Part shown: positions 52,436-64,000 of the stretch, piece after piece | Numbering within the stretch: position 1 is the stretch's first letter | Layout: each line of letters begins with the position of its first letter | From: Burkholderiales bacterium | GTDB taxonomy: Bacteria; Pseudomonadota; Gammaproteobacteria; Burkholderiales; SG8-39 | DNA length: 64,000 nucleotides | Assembly (NCBI GenBank): GCA_035550695.1 | Contig: DASZOS010000055.1 | Coordinates: 483-64,482 of the forward strand | Direction: 5' to 3' | Notes under the pieces: generated by a model | Databases searched by the model: none | Seen by the model: only the letters and a program-made list of their open reading frames with translations | What the model was told of the DNA's origin: nothing | Made by a program: the position numbers and the translations under genes

Positions 52436-54061
52436 ATGCCGCGCGAATCCATGCAGTACGACGTCGTCGTGGTGGGCGGCGGTCCAGCCGGCCTCGCCGC
52501 CGCGATCCGGCTCAAGCAGCTCTCCTCCGACATCTCGGTCTGCGTGCTGGAAAAAGGCTCGGAAATCGGCGCGCACATTCTCTCGGGCGCGGTGATGGAC
52601 CCGCGTGCCCTGGACGAGCTGATCCCGGACTGGAAGGCGAAAGGCGCCCCGCTCGAGACGCCGGTCGCCGAGGACCGGTTTCTTTTCCTGACTGAAGAAT
52701 CGTCGTTCCAGGCGCCGAATTTTCTGCTCCCGGGCTGCTTCAAGAACCACGGCAACTATGTCATCAGCCTGGGCATTCTGTGCCGCTGGCTCGGCCAGCA
52801 GGCCGAAAGCCTCGGCGTGGAAATCTTTCCGGGCTTCGCGGCCGCGGAAGTGCTCTTCGAAGGCAGTGCGGTCAAGGGCGTCGCCACCGGCGACATGGGC
52901 GTCAACCGCAAGGGAGAGCGGACTGCCGCATACCAGCCCGGCATGGAGCTGCACGCCAAGTACACCTTCTTCGCCGAAGGCTGCCGCGGCCATCTCGGCC
53001 GCAGCCTCGAAGCGAGGTACCGGTTGCGCGAGGCGGCGGAGCCGCAGGTCTACGGCATCGGGCTAAAAGAGCTCTGGGAAGTGCAGCCCGAAAAGCATCG
53101 GCCGGGTTCTGTGACGCATACCGCGGGCTGGCCGCTCGATCCCGACGTCTACGGCGGCTCCTTCATCTACCACCAGGAAGAGCGCCAGGTAGCGGTGGGC
53201 TACGTGGTCGGCTTGAGCTACAAGAACCCGTACCTTTCGCCTTTCGAGGAATTCCAGCGCTTCAAGACCCACCCGGCGATACGTCCGCTCTTCGAGGGCG
53301 CGAAGCGAGTCTGTTACGGCGCGCGCGCCATCACTTCCGGCGGGCTGCAGTCGCTGCCGCGCGTGGTGTTTCCGGGCGGCGCGCTGATCGGCGACGAGGC
53401 CGGCTTTCTCAACGCTTCGCGCATCAAGGGCAGCCACTGCGCGATCAAGTCCGGCATGCTCGCCGCCGAGGCAGCTTTCTCGGCCATAAAGGCCGGAAGG
53501 GCGCAAGACGAGCTGACCGCTTATCCCGATGCCTTTCGCTCGAGCTGGCTCTACGAGGAGCTCTACCGGGCGCGCAACTTCAAGCCGTGGATGGCCAAAG
53601 GCCTCCTCCTCGGCTCCATGATGTTCGGCATCGACCAGGTTCTGTTTCGCGGCAAGGCGCCCTGGACGCTGCACCACAAAGGCCCCGACCACGCGCAGAC
53701 GCGGCCGGCAGCCGAGTTCTCACCGATCCAGTATCCGAAGCCCGACGGCGTGCTGACCTTCGACAGGCTCTCCTCGGTGTTCATCTCGAACACCAACCAC
53801 GGCGAGGACCAGCCGGTGCATCTCACGCTCAAGGATGCGTCGGTGCCGGTGAACGTCAACCTCGAGCGCTACGCCGGGCCGGAAGGCCGCTACTGCCCGG
53901 CCGGCGTTTACGAGTTCGTCGAGGTCGACGGCGCGCAGCGGCTGCAGATCAACGCGCAGAACTGCGTGCACTGCAAGACCTGCGACATCAAGGACCCGAC
54001 GCAGAACATCGTCTGGATAGCGCCCGAAGGCGGCGGCGGACCGAACTACCCGAACATGTAG
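52436..54061 (+). CDS. Electron transfer flavoprotein-ubiquinone oxidoreductase
   Basis: [24 protein letters not shown] and [16 protein letters not shown]. Confidence 0.96.
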   Translation: MPRESMQYDVVVVGGGPAGLAAAIRLKQLSSDISVCVLEKGSEIGAHILSGAVMDPRALDELIPDWKAKGAPLETPVAEDRFLFLTEESSFQAPNFLLPGCFKNHGNYVISLGILCRWLGQQAESLGVEIFPGFAAAEVLFEGSAVKGVATGDMGVNRKGERTAAYQPGMELHAKYTFFAEGCRGHLGRSLEARYRLREAAEPQVYGIGLKELWEVQPEKHRPGSVTHTAGWPLDPDVYGGSFIYHQEERQVAVGYVVGLSYKNPYLSPFEEFQRFKTHPAIRPLFEGAKRVCYGARAITSGGLQSLPRVVFPGGALIGDEAGFLNASRIKGSHCAIKSGMLAAEAAFSAIKAGRAQDELTAYPDAFRSSWLYEELYRARNFKPWMAKGLLLGSMMFGIDQVLFRGKAPWTLHHKGPDHAQTRPAAEFSPIQYPKPDGVLTFDRLSSVFISNTNHGEDQPVHLTLKDASVPVNVNLERYAGPEGRYCPAGVYEFVEVDGAQRLQINAQNCVHCKTCDIKDPTQNIVWIAPEGGGGPNYPNM

Positions 54062-54124
54062 GCCGGCGGCCTAGAATGCTTTGCCTCCAGCCGCGAGGGA
54101 GGGAGCCCGAACAGGAGGTGGCAC

Positions 54125-55759
54125 GTGGGGAAAGTAGGCCCGTTCGATTACGTGATCGTCGGCGGGGGAACAGCCGGCTGCCTGCTCGCCAGCCGGCTCT
54201 CGGCGAATCCGGATAACTCGGTTCTCCTGCTGGAGGCTGGCGGCAAAGACGACTGGATATGGATCCACATACCCGTCGGCTACCTGTACTGCATCGGCAA
54301 TCCGCGTACCGATTGGTGCTACAAGACCGAGCCTGACCCGGGACTGAACGGGCGCTCCATTCTCTACGCGCGCGGCCGGGTGCTGGGAGGCTGCTCCTCC
54401 ATCAACGCCATGCTCTATCTGCGGGGCCAGGCGCGAGACTATGACGAGTGGGCGCGGCTGACAGGCGATGCCGGCTGGTCGTGGGAGCAGGTCCTGCCGA
54501 TATTCAAGAAGAGCGAAGACCACTGGCGCGGTGCCGACGAATTCCACGGCGCGCGCGAGGCGAACGACGGCAACGGCAGCCATGAATGGCGCGTGGAGCA
54601 GCAACGGCTGTCCTGGGAAATCCTCGATGCATTCCGGGATGCCGCGCTCGAAGCGGGCGTGGCCAAGGTGAACGACTTCAACCGCGGCGACAACTCCGGC
54701 AGCTCGCGCTTCGAGGTGAACCAGCGTCGCGGCGTGCGTGTTAACGCTTCAAAGGCATTCTTGCGTCCTGCGCTGGGGCGTCGGAATCTCACGGTGATGA
54801 CCAACGCCCAGGTGAGGAGGCTGCGCCTGGAAGGCAGGCGGGTGCTCGGCGCGGAGTTCTGGCGCGGCGAAGAAGAGCTCTACGCCGAAGCCAGGCGGGA
54901 AACCATCCTGGCCTGCGGCAGCATCGGCTCTCCGCAGGTCCTGCAGCTCTCCGGGATCGGGCCGGGCGCGTTGCTGCAGCAGCACGGCATACCGGTCGTT
55001 CACGATCTGACGGGTGTCGGCGAGAACCTGCAGGACCATTTGCAGCTGCGCATGGCATTCAAGGTCCGAAACGTCCTCACGCTCAACACCATGGCGAATT
55101 CCCTTTGGGGCAAGGCGAAGATGGCGCTCGAATACGCGCTGTTCCGCACCGGCCCGCTCACCATGGCGCCCTCGCAACTGGGCGCGTTCGTCAAGAGCGA
55201 CGCTTCGCAGCCCACGCCCAACATGGAATTCCACGTGCAGCCGCTGTCGCTGGACAGGTTCGGCGACCCGCTGCACCCGTTCCCCGCTTTCACTGCGAGC
55301 ATCTGCAACCTGCGGCCCACCTCGCGCGGCCATATCCGCATCACCTCGCCCGATCCGCGCGCCTATCCGGCGATAAGGCTGAACTACCTCTCCACGCCGG
55401 AGGACCGGCGCATCGCCGCCGACGGGCTGAGCATGACGCGGCGCATCGTCACCGGCACCCGGACGATGAGGAAATACGCGCCGGAGGAATTCATGCCCGG
55501 GCCTGCCTACCAGACCGAGGAGCAACTGATCGAGGCAGCGGGCAACATCGGCACCACCATCTTTCATCCGGTGGGCACGTGCAAGATGGGTTCGGAGTCG
55601 GACCCGCTGTCGGTCGTCACTCCCACCCTCAAAGTGCGCGGTATCGAGCGCTTGCGGGTGATCGACGCCTCGATCATGCCGCGCATCACTTCCGGCAACA
55701 CCAATTCCCCCACCGTAATGATCGCCGAGAAGGGCGCGGCCATTCTGGCCCGTCCGTGA
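54125..55759 (+). CDS. GMC oxidoreductase (choline dehydrogenase-like)
   Basis: GGGTAG, GRVLGGCSSINAM, GENLQDH, FHPVGTC and SGNTNSP. Confidence 0.93.
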   Translation: MGKVGPFDYVIVGGGTAGCLLASRLSANPDNSVLLLEAGGKDDWIWIHIPVGYLYCIGNPRTDWCYKTEPDPGLNGRSILYARGRVLGGCSSINAMLYLRGQARDYDEWARLTGDAGWSWEQVLPIFKKSEDHWRGADEFHGAREANDGNGSHEWRVEQQRLSWEILDAFRDAALEAGVAKVNDFNRGDNSGSSRFEVNQRRGVRVNASKAFLRPALGRRNLTVMTNAQVRRLRLEGRRVLGAEFWRGEEELYAEARRETILACGSIGSPQVLQLSGIGPGALLQQHGIPVVHDLTGVGENLQDHLQLRMAFKVRNVLTLNTMANSLWGKAKMALEYALFRTGPLTMAPSQLGAFVKSDASQPTPNMEFHVQPLSLDRFGDPLHPFPAFTASICNLRPTSRGHIRITSPDPRAYPAIRLNYLSTPEDRRIAADGLSMTRRIVTGTRTMRKYAPEEFMPGPAYQTEEQLIEAAGNIGTTIFHPVGTCKMGSESDPLSVVTPTLKVRGIERLRVIDASIMPRITSGNTNSPTVMIAEKGAAILARP

Positions 55760-55777
55760 GTTCGGGCGCTTGATTTC

Positions 55778-58030
55778 TCAGGCGGCGGCTTTGCCGGTGC
55801 CGCCGCCACGGGATCGAAGCAGCTCCGGGATCCTGTCGGCCGAAACCGGCCGGCTGACGAGGTAGCCCTGGATCTGGTCGCATCCGAGGTCGCGCAGCAG
55901 GCGCACCTGGGCGTCGTCCTCGACGCCCTCGGCGATCACCTTGAGCCCGAGCGTGTGCGCGAGCGACACGATCATGGCGACGATATTGCGCGGATAGCCG
56001 GCGTCGCGCATGCGCACCACGAAGCTGCGGTCGATCTTCAGCACGTCGACCGGCAGCCGCGCCAGATAGCTGAGCGAGCAGTAGCCGGTGCCGAAATCGT
56101 CGACCGAGATCTCCACGCCGGCGCGCCGCAGGATCTGCAGCTTGCGCGTGGTCTCCTCGATGTCCTCGACCAGCACGCTCTCGGTGATCTCGACGTCGAG
56201 CAGCGGCGTTTCGCGCCCGAAGACGCCGATGGCGTCGAGCACCGAGTCGACGAAGTCCTTCTGCCGCAGCTGTATTGCCGATACGTTCACCGAGGTGCGC
56301 GGCACGCTGAGACCGAGCGCCTGCCAGCGCCGGATGTCCTCGACGGCGCGCTTCAGCGCCCAGCGCCCGACCACCAGGATCATGCCGGTCTCCTCCATCA
56401 GCGAGACGAACTTGGCGGGCGGCACCGCGCCGAGCTCCGGATCCTGCCAGCGGATGAGCGCCTCCAGGCCGGTGAGCTCGCCGCTGTGGACGTCGACCTT
56501 GGGCTGGTAGTGCAGCGCCAGGCGCCCGTCCTCGATCGCGCGCCTCAGGCGATGCTCCAGCGCCAGCGACTCGGCCACGCGCGCGTTCATTTCCGCGGCA
56601 TAGAAGAGGTAGCGCTGCCCGGCCTGCTTGGCATGGTTCAGCGCAGTCTCGGCGTTGGCGCACAACAGCTCCGTCGATTCGCCGTCGGTCGGGAACACGG
56701 CGATGCCGGCCTTCATGGTCACGCGCAGCTCGACGCCGTCGATGAGCACCGGCTCGCCGAAGGCCTCGCCCAGGCTGTCGAGCAGCCAGTGGACCGTCTC
56801 GCCGGGATTGTCGAAGCCGGCTACGGCGATGGCGAAGTGGTCCGCGCCCACGCGCGCCACCGTGTCCTGGTCGCGCGCCGCCTTCTGCAGGCGAGCCGCC
56901 ACCTCGCGCAGCAGGTCGTCGCCCGCGGCGCGGCCGAAGGTCTCGTTCACCATGCGAAAACGCTCGATGTCCAGGAACATCGCCGCGGCGAAGCGCTTGT
57001 CGCGGCGCGCGGCGATCAGCGCCTGGCCGAGGCGGTCGACGAACAGGCTGCGGTTCGGCAGATCGGTGAGCGAATCATGGTACGCGAGGTAGTCCATGCG
57101 CGCCTTCTGCTCGAGGTGGTGCAGCGCGAAGGCGATGTCGCCGGCGAGCTCGTGCAGCAGCCGCATCTCCTCCTCGTCGAACACTTCCCTGCCGCGCGCA
57201 TAGAGAAGCAGCGCACCCAGAGCGCTGCCGGAAAAAGTCAACGGCAGCACGGCATAGGCGCGAAAGCCCCGCCGCAGGGCGGCGGCGCGGCCGGGAACAT
57301 CGGCGGGATCGATGTCGTTGCACACCGTGGCTCGCGGCTCGACCGGAAACTGGTCGATTGCCGGGTCCTTGCTCCCCTCGCCGCTCGACACGATCCTGCG
57401 GTCGTCGAAGAGGCGAATCGCCGCGAAGCCGAAGCCGCCGCGCTCGACGGCGATGCGGCAGGCCTCGGCGAGCAGGTCCTGGCGCTGCGAGACGCGCACG
57501 ATGAGCGCGTTGACCGCGCTCAGCGTCTCCAGCGTGCGGTTCAGCCTCTCGATGCGCCGCTGCTGCGCCTCGAGCGCGCCGGTCTTCTCCAGCAGCTGGT
57601 CCACCACCACGCGCAGATGCTCGCCGCCGAGATCGGCAGCGCCCGCCGCCGGGCGCTGAGGACGCTCGTCGAGCACTTCCTTCACGGCGCGCAGGATGAC
57701 GTCGTTGTCCGATGGCTTCACGAGCACCCGCGCCACGCCGTGCGCCTGCGCGAGGACCTGGGCGTCCTGCCCGGCGAAGTACGCGGTGTAGAAGATGAGC
57801 GGCACGCGCGCGGTCGCAGGCTCGGCGCGCAGCTCGCGCGCGAGCACGTAGCCGTCCATGCCCGGCATCAGCACGTCCGAAATCACCAGGTCCGGCGGCG
57901 CGGCGCGCGCCCGCGCGAGCGCCTGGCGCGCGCCGGAGGCCTTGTCCACGCCGTGGCCGGCAGCTTCCAGCAGCGAGGCGAGCGCTTCGCGGTTGGCGCG
58001 GTTGTCATCGACCACGAGGATGTTGGCCAT
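55778..58030 (-). CDS. REC-GAF-GGDEF(degenerate)-EAL c-di-GMP signalling protein
   Basis: REC (ILVVDD...SDVLMP), YHDSLTDLPNR, GADHF in place of GGDEF, EAL and DDFGTGY. Confidence 0.92.
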   Translation of the reverse strand: MANILVVDDNRANREALASLLEAAGHGVDKASGARQALARARAAPPDLVISDVLMPGMDGYVLARELRAEPATARVPLIFYTAYFAGQDAQVLAQAHGVARVLVKPSDNDVILRAVKEVLDERPQRPAAGAADLGGEHLRVVVDQLLEKTGALEAQQRRIERLNRTLETLSAVNALIVRVSQRQDLLAEACRIAVERGGFGFAAIRLFDDRRIVSSGEGSKDPAIDQFPVEPRATVCNDIDPADVPGRAAALRRGFRAYAVLPLTFSGSALGALLLYARGREVFDEEEMRLLHELAGDIAFALHHLEQKARMDYLAYHDSLTDLPNRSLFVDRLGQALIAARRDKRFAAAMFLDIERFRMVNETFGRAAGDDLLREVAARLQKAARDQDTVARVGADHFAIAVAGFDNPGETVHWLLDSLGEAFGEPVLIDGVELRVTMKAGIAVFPTDGESTELLCANAETALNHAKQAGQRYLFYAAEMNARVAESLALEHRLRRAIEDGRLALHYQPKVDVHSGELTGLEALIRWQDPELGAVPPAKFVSLMEETGMILVVGRWALKRAVEDIRRWQALGLSVPRTSVNVSAIQLRQKDFVDSVLDAIGVFGRETPLLDVEITESVLVEDIEETTRKLQILRRAGVEISVDDFGTGYCSLSYLARLPVDVLKIDRSFVVRMRDAGYPRNIVAMIVSLAHTLGLKVIAEGVEDDAQVRLLRDLGCDQIQGYLVSRPVSADRIPELLRSRGGGTGKAAA

Positions 58031-58132
58031 GGCCCGTCAGACAATGTACCCGCGAAGAAAATGGGATGGGCGATTCTGCATGCGAACCGCCAACTATTTC
58101 GCCGCCATGCCCTATCCGCTGTCGTGCTGCGG

Positions 58133-59209
58133 CTACACCCGCGCCGTGCGCATTTCCAGGGCGAAGCGGATCAGCGCGATCACCAGGGCAAGCACCAGCG
58201 GCCCGAGGATCACGCCGATCGGTCCGAAGGCCGAGACGCCGCCCAGGACGCCTATGAACACCGTGAGCGTGCCGACCTCGGCCCGCCCGGACACGAGCAT
58301 CGGGCGCAGAAAGTTGTCGAGCGTCGCCACCAGGCCCCCCCACACCAGCAGGAATACCGCCGCGTACCAGCGCTGCTGCAGGGCGAGCACCAGCACCGCC
58401 GGCACCCAGACGACCGGCGTCCCGGCGAGCGGCACCAGGGCAAGCAGCGCCGCAAGCACGCCGAACACGATCGGCGAGGGCAGGCCGGCGAGCGCAAAGC
58501 CGATCGCGATCAGCGCGCCTTGGGCGAGCGCGGTGACGCCGGTGCCGTAGACCATGGCGCGCGTGACCGCGGCAAGATGGGCGAAGAGTCGCGCGCGGTC
58601 CTCCGGCCGCATCGGCACGAGCGTGCGCAGGTCGTGGAACGCCGCCCGGCCGTCGCGGATCGCGAAATACAGGATGAAGATCATCAGCGCGAACCCGACT
58701 ACGGTGCCGAGCGCGCCGAGCACCGCCTGGCGGCCGAGCGACGCGAGCGATTTCAGCACCGTGCGCGCCCCTTCCATCGCCCAGGCCTGCAGCTGCGCGA
58801 GCGAGACGCCGAGCGATTCCCGAAGCCAGACGATCGCCGGGCCGACGACCGGCAGGCCTTCCAGGTCGGATGCCTGGGACGGCTTGTGCTCGACGGCGAA
58901 GTCCTGCGCGTAGCGCAGCAGCTCCGCGACCTGCGCGGCAAAGGCGGCCCCCAGGGCCCCCAGCGGCCCGAGCAGCACAACCACCGTCAGGACGGTAAGC
59001 AACGCAGCCGACACGCTTTCGCGGCCTGCGAGCTTCGCGGCGAGCCAGGCATGCAGCGGGTAGATCAGGAAAGCGATGAACAGCGCCCAGGCGATCGGCG
59101 CGAAGAACGGCTGCAGGATCGAATACAGCAGGTAGCCGAGCACGAACAGCGTGAGCAGCGCGAAGGTGCGCGCGTAGAACACACGGTCCGATGTCTGTTC
59201 TTCTTCCAT
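58133..59209 (-). CDS. AI-2E family transporter
   Basis: Multi-TM protein with DNFLRPML and GVLGGVSAFGPIGVILGP. Confidence 0.9.
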   Translation of the reverse strand: MEEEQTSDRVFYARTFALLTLFVLGYLLYSILQPFFAPIAWALFIAFLIYPLHAWLAAKLAGRESVSAALLTVLTVVVLLGPLGALGAAFAAQVAELLRYAQDFAVEHKPSQASDLEGLPVVGPAIVWLRESLGVSLAQLQAWAMEGARTVLKSLASLGRQAVLGALGTVVGFALMIFILYFAIRDGRAAFHDLRTLVPMRPEDRARLFAHLAAVTRAMVYGTGVTALAQGALIAIGFALAGLPSPIVFGVLAALLALVPLAGTPVVWVPAVLVLALQQRWYAAVFLLVWGGLVATLDNFLRPMLVSGRAEVGTLTVFIGVLGGVSAFGPIGVILGPLVLALVIALIRFALEMRTARV

Positions 59210-59258
59210 TGGATCGACGCGAGCGCCGAGCGTAGCACGCTCCGGAGGACGGACCGAG

Positions 59259-61334
59259 CTAGCGCACGGAGGTATGCACCGCGGCGGACTGCGCTGCCCA
59301 GCCGATGATGGCGGACTGGATGATCCGCGGATCCGCCGGCTTCACGAAGTGATGATGAAAGCCGGCTTCCTGCGAGCGCACGCGGTCTTCCTTCTGACCG
59401 TATCCAGTCAGCGCGATGAGCAGCGCCGGAGGCGCGGCGTCCTGGTGCCGCAGCCGGCGCGCCACTTCGTAGCCGTTCATTCCCGGAAGTCCGATGTCGA
59501 CCACCGCCACTTGCGGCGCGAACACCTGCGAGATGGCAACCGCCTGCGCTCCATCGACCACGGTGCGCACCTCGTGGCCTTCCAGCCGCAGGTACACCGC
59601 AATGCTCTCGGCGGCGTCGATATTGTCGTCCACCACCAGCACGCGCTTTCCGCCGGCCGCGACCGGCTCCGGCTTCTGCGCATCGGGCTGCGCCTGCCGC
59701 ACTTCGCTGATGCAGGGCAGCACGACCCTGAACAGCGCCCCCTTGCCGATGCCGTCGCTGTGCACTTCGACGCGGCCCTGGTGGAGCTCCACCAGCCGCC
59801 GCACCACCGTCAGGCCGACGCCCAGACCGCCCTGGCTGCGGTCGAGCGAACGCTCGCCCTGCGTGAAAAGCTCGAACACGTGCGGCAGCAGCGCGCCGTC
59901 GATGCCGATGCCGTTGTCGCGCACGGTGATGAGCGCCTCGCCGCGATCGGCAGTAGCGCTGAGCTCGATCACGCCGCCCTCGGCGGTGTACTTGGCGCCG
60001 TTGTTGAGCAGGTTGCCGACGACCTGAGCGAGGCGCGCGAAGTCGCCATGCACCCAGATGGCGGTGCTCGGCAGGTTGAGCACCAGGCTGTGCTTTTTGG
60101 AGTCGAGCAGCGCGCGGACCGTCTCGACGCTGTGCTGGATGACCCTGCCGAGCTCGACCGGCTCCTTCTTCAGCGTGATCTTGCCCTGCGTGATGCGCGA
60201 GACGTCGAGCAGATCGTCGACCAGCTGCGCGAGATGGGTGACCTGGCGCTCGACCACCTCGCGCGCCCAGGCGATGCCCGGATCGGCAGGCGCGATGCGC
60301 CGCATCACTTCCGCGGCGTTGCGGATCGGCGCGAGCGGATTGCGCAGCTCGTGGGACAGCATGGCGAGGAACTCGTCCTTGCGCCGGTTCGCCTGCTGCA
60401 GCTTTTCCTCCGCTTCCTTGGTGCGCGCCATCTCGCGCTTCAGGCTCCAGTACAGGCGCGCGTTGTCGAAGGCGATCGCCGCGCGGCTGCAGAGCTCGTC
60501 CAGCGTCGCCTGATCGGGCGAGCTGCCAGCCATCCCTTCGCGCGCATGCAGCAGGAGCAGGACGCCGAGAACGCGCTCGCCCGCCTTGAGGGGAAGCACG
60601 CGCGCCGCACCGGGAGCCACGCTCACGTCCAGGTCGTAGCCACTGGCGCGCGCCTCGTCCATCGCGCGCACGACCGGCGCCGGCAGCTCCTGCAGCAAGT
60701 CCATCGCGCGCACGCCCGCCACGCCCGCGCCGCGGCAAAGGTTCACGTCGCCGTCGTCCATGCGGATGGAGAGCACCGCCTCGTCGGCGAGCCGGGGAAC
60801 CACCATCTCGAGCAGGCGCTGCATGCCCTCCTCGAGGTCGAGCGACGCTCCGAGCTCCCGGCTGGCGAAAGCCAGGAACTCGGAGCGCCGCGTCGCCTCC
60901 TCGGCGGCCGCCCGGTCGGCTTCGGCCTTGGCGAGCGCCCGCGCCTGGCGCTGCGCGCGATATAGCTCGACGAATACCCGCACCTTGCTGCGCAGGATCT
61001 CGGGCACCACCGGAGACAGGATGTAGTCCACCGCGCCGAGGGCATAGCCGCGCGCGGTCTGCATCTCGTCGGCATAGGCGGTAACGAAGATGATCGGCGT
61101 GTGCCTGGTCTTGCGGTGCTGGCGGATGAGCTCCGCGGTCTCGATGCCGTCGATGTCCGGCATGTTGACGTCGAGCAGAATCACGGCGAACTCGCGCGCG
61201 AGCAGCTCGCGCAGCGCTTCGGCTCCCGAGCTCGCCATCACCAGGTTCTGCCCGAGCTCCTCGAGCACCACCTGGAACGCCAGCCGCTTGTCCGGCAGGT
61301 CGTCGACGACGAGGATGTTGACCTTGTCGTCCAT
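59259..61334 (-). CDS. Hybrid histidine kinase REC-GAF-HisKA-HATPase-REC
   Basis: EFLAMLSHELRNPL, NLLNNGAKY, DNGIGI and GLGVGL, with a REC domain at each end. Confidence 0.93.
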   Translation of the reverse strand: MDDKVNILVVDDLPDKRLAFQVVLEELGQNLVMASSGAEALRELLAREFAVILLDVNMPDIDGIETAELIRQHRKTRHTPIIFVTAYADEMQTARGYALGAVDYILSPVVPEILRSKVRVFVELYRAQRQARALAKAEADRAAAEEATRRSEFLAFASRELGASLDLEEGMQRLLEMVVPRLADEAVLSIRMDDGDVNLCRGAGVAGVRAMDLLQELPAPVVRAMDEARASGYDLDVSVAPGAARVLPLKAGERVLGVLLLLHAREGMAGSSPDQATLDELCSRAAIAFDNARLYWSLKREMARTKEAEEKLQQANRRKDEFLAMLSHELRNPLAPIRNAAEVMRRIAPADPGIAWAREVVERQVTHLAQLVDDLLDVSRITQGKITLKKEPVELGRVIQHSVETVRALLDSKKHSLVLNLPSTAIWVHGDFARLAQVVGNLLNNGAKYTAEGGVIELSATADRGEALITVRDNGIGIDGALLPHVFELFTQGERSLDRSQGGLGVGLTVVRRLVELHQGRVEVHSDGIGKGALFRVVLPCISEVRQAQPDAQKPEPVAAGGKRVLVVDDNIDAAESIAVYLRLEGHEVRTVVDGAQAVAISQVFAPQVAVVDIGLPGMNGYEVARRLRHQDAAPPALLIALTGYGQKEDRVRSQEAGFHHHFVKPADPRIIQSAIIGWAAQSAAVHTSVR

Positions 61335-61341
61335 CAGCCAG

Positions 61342-61368
61342 GAAGAATGGTGACAGTCACCATTTTTC
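61342..61368. repeat. Intergenic palindrome (REP-like)
   Basis: GAAGAATGGTGAC-A-GTCACCATTTTTC: a perfect 9-bp dyad core extended with one mismatch. Confidence 0.55.

Positions 61369-64000
<2,632 letters not shown>

Overview
A gene-dense, GC-rich bacterial chromosomal window, probably from a betaproteobacterium (judged from composition and the pyrG-kdsA-eno-ftsB block; not confirmed). It holds about 55 protein-coding genes. I saw no rRNA, tRNA, CRISPR array or intact transposase. Routine content includes chrA, an ECF sigma factor, MFS/CDF/TerC/AI-2E transporters, a Liv-type ABC catabolic cluster, pyrG-kdsA-eno-ftsB, a five-gene hut pathway, acetoacetate-CoA ligase, ETF-QO, a GMC oxidoreductase and hybrid histidine kinases. 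The standout is a tightly coupled four-gene minus-strand operon (4020-11798): a TPR-bearing alpha-dioxygenase-like heme peroxidase, a caleosin/peroxygenase-like EF-hand protein, a zinc-ribbon/class III cyclase/STAND-NTPase/TPR protein and a divergent Old Yellow Enzyme. It resembles the plant alpha-DOX + caleosin oxylipin pathway joined to a signalling protein, and is a candidate bacterial oxylipin synthesis and sensing system (inference). Also notable: a heme-c sensor/Ser-Thr kinase/cyclase-FHA/Crp module, a decayed PAS-cyclase pseudogene, an ABC-ATPase deletion scar, three REP-like palindromes, and two genes whose conserved N-terminus lacks a canonical start codon. All family calls come from motif recognition by eye; no database searches were run.
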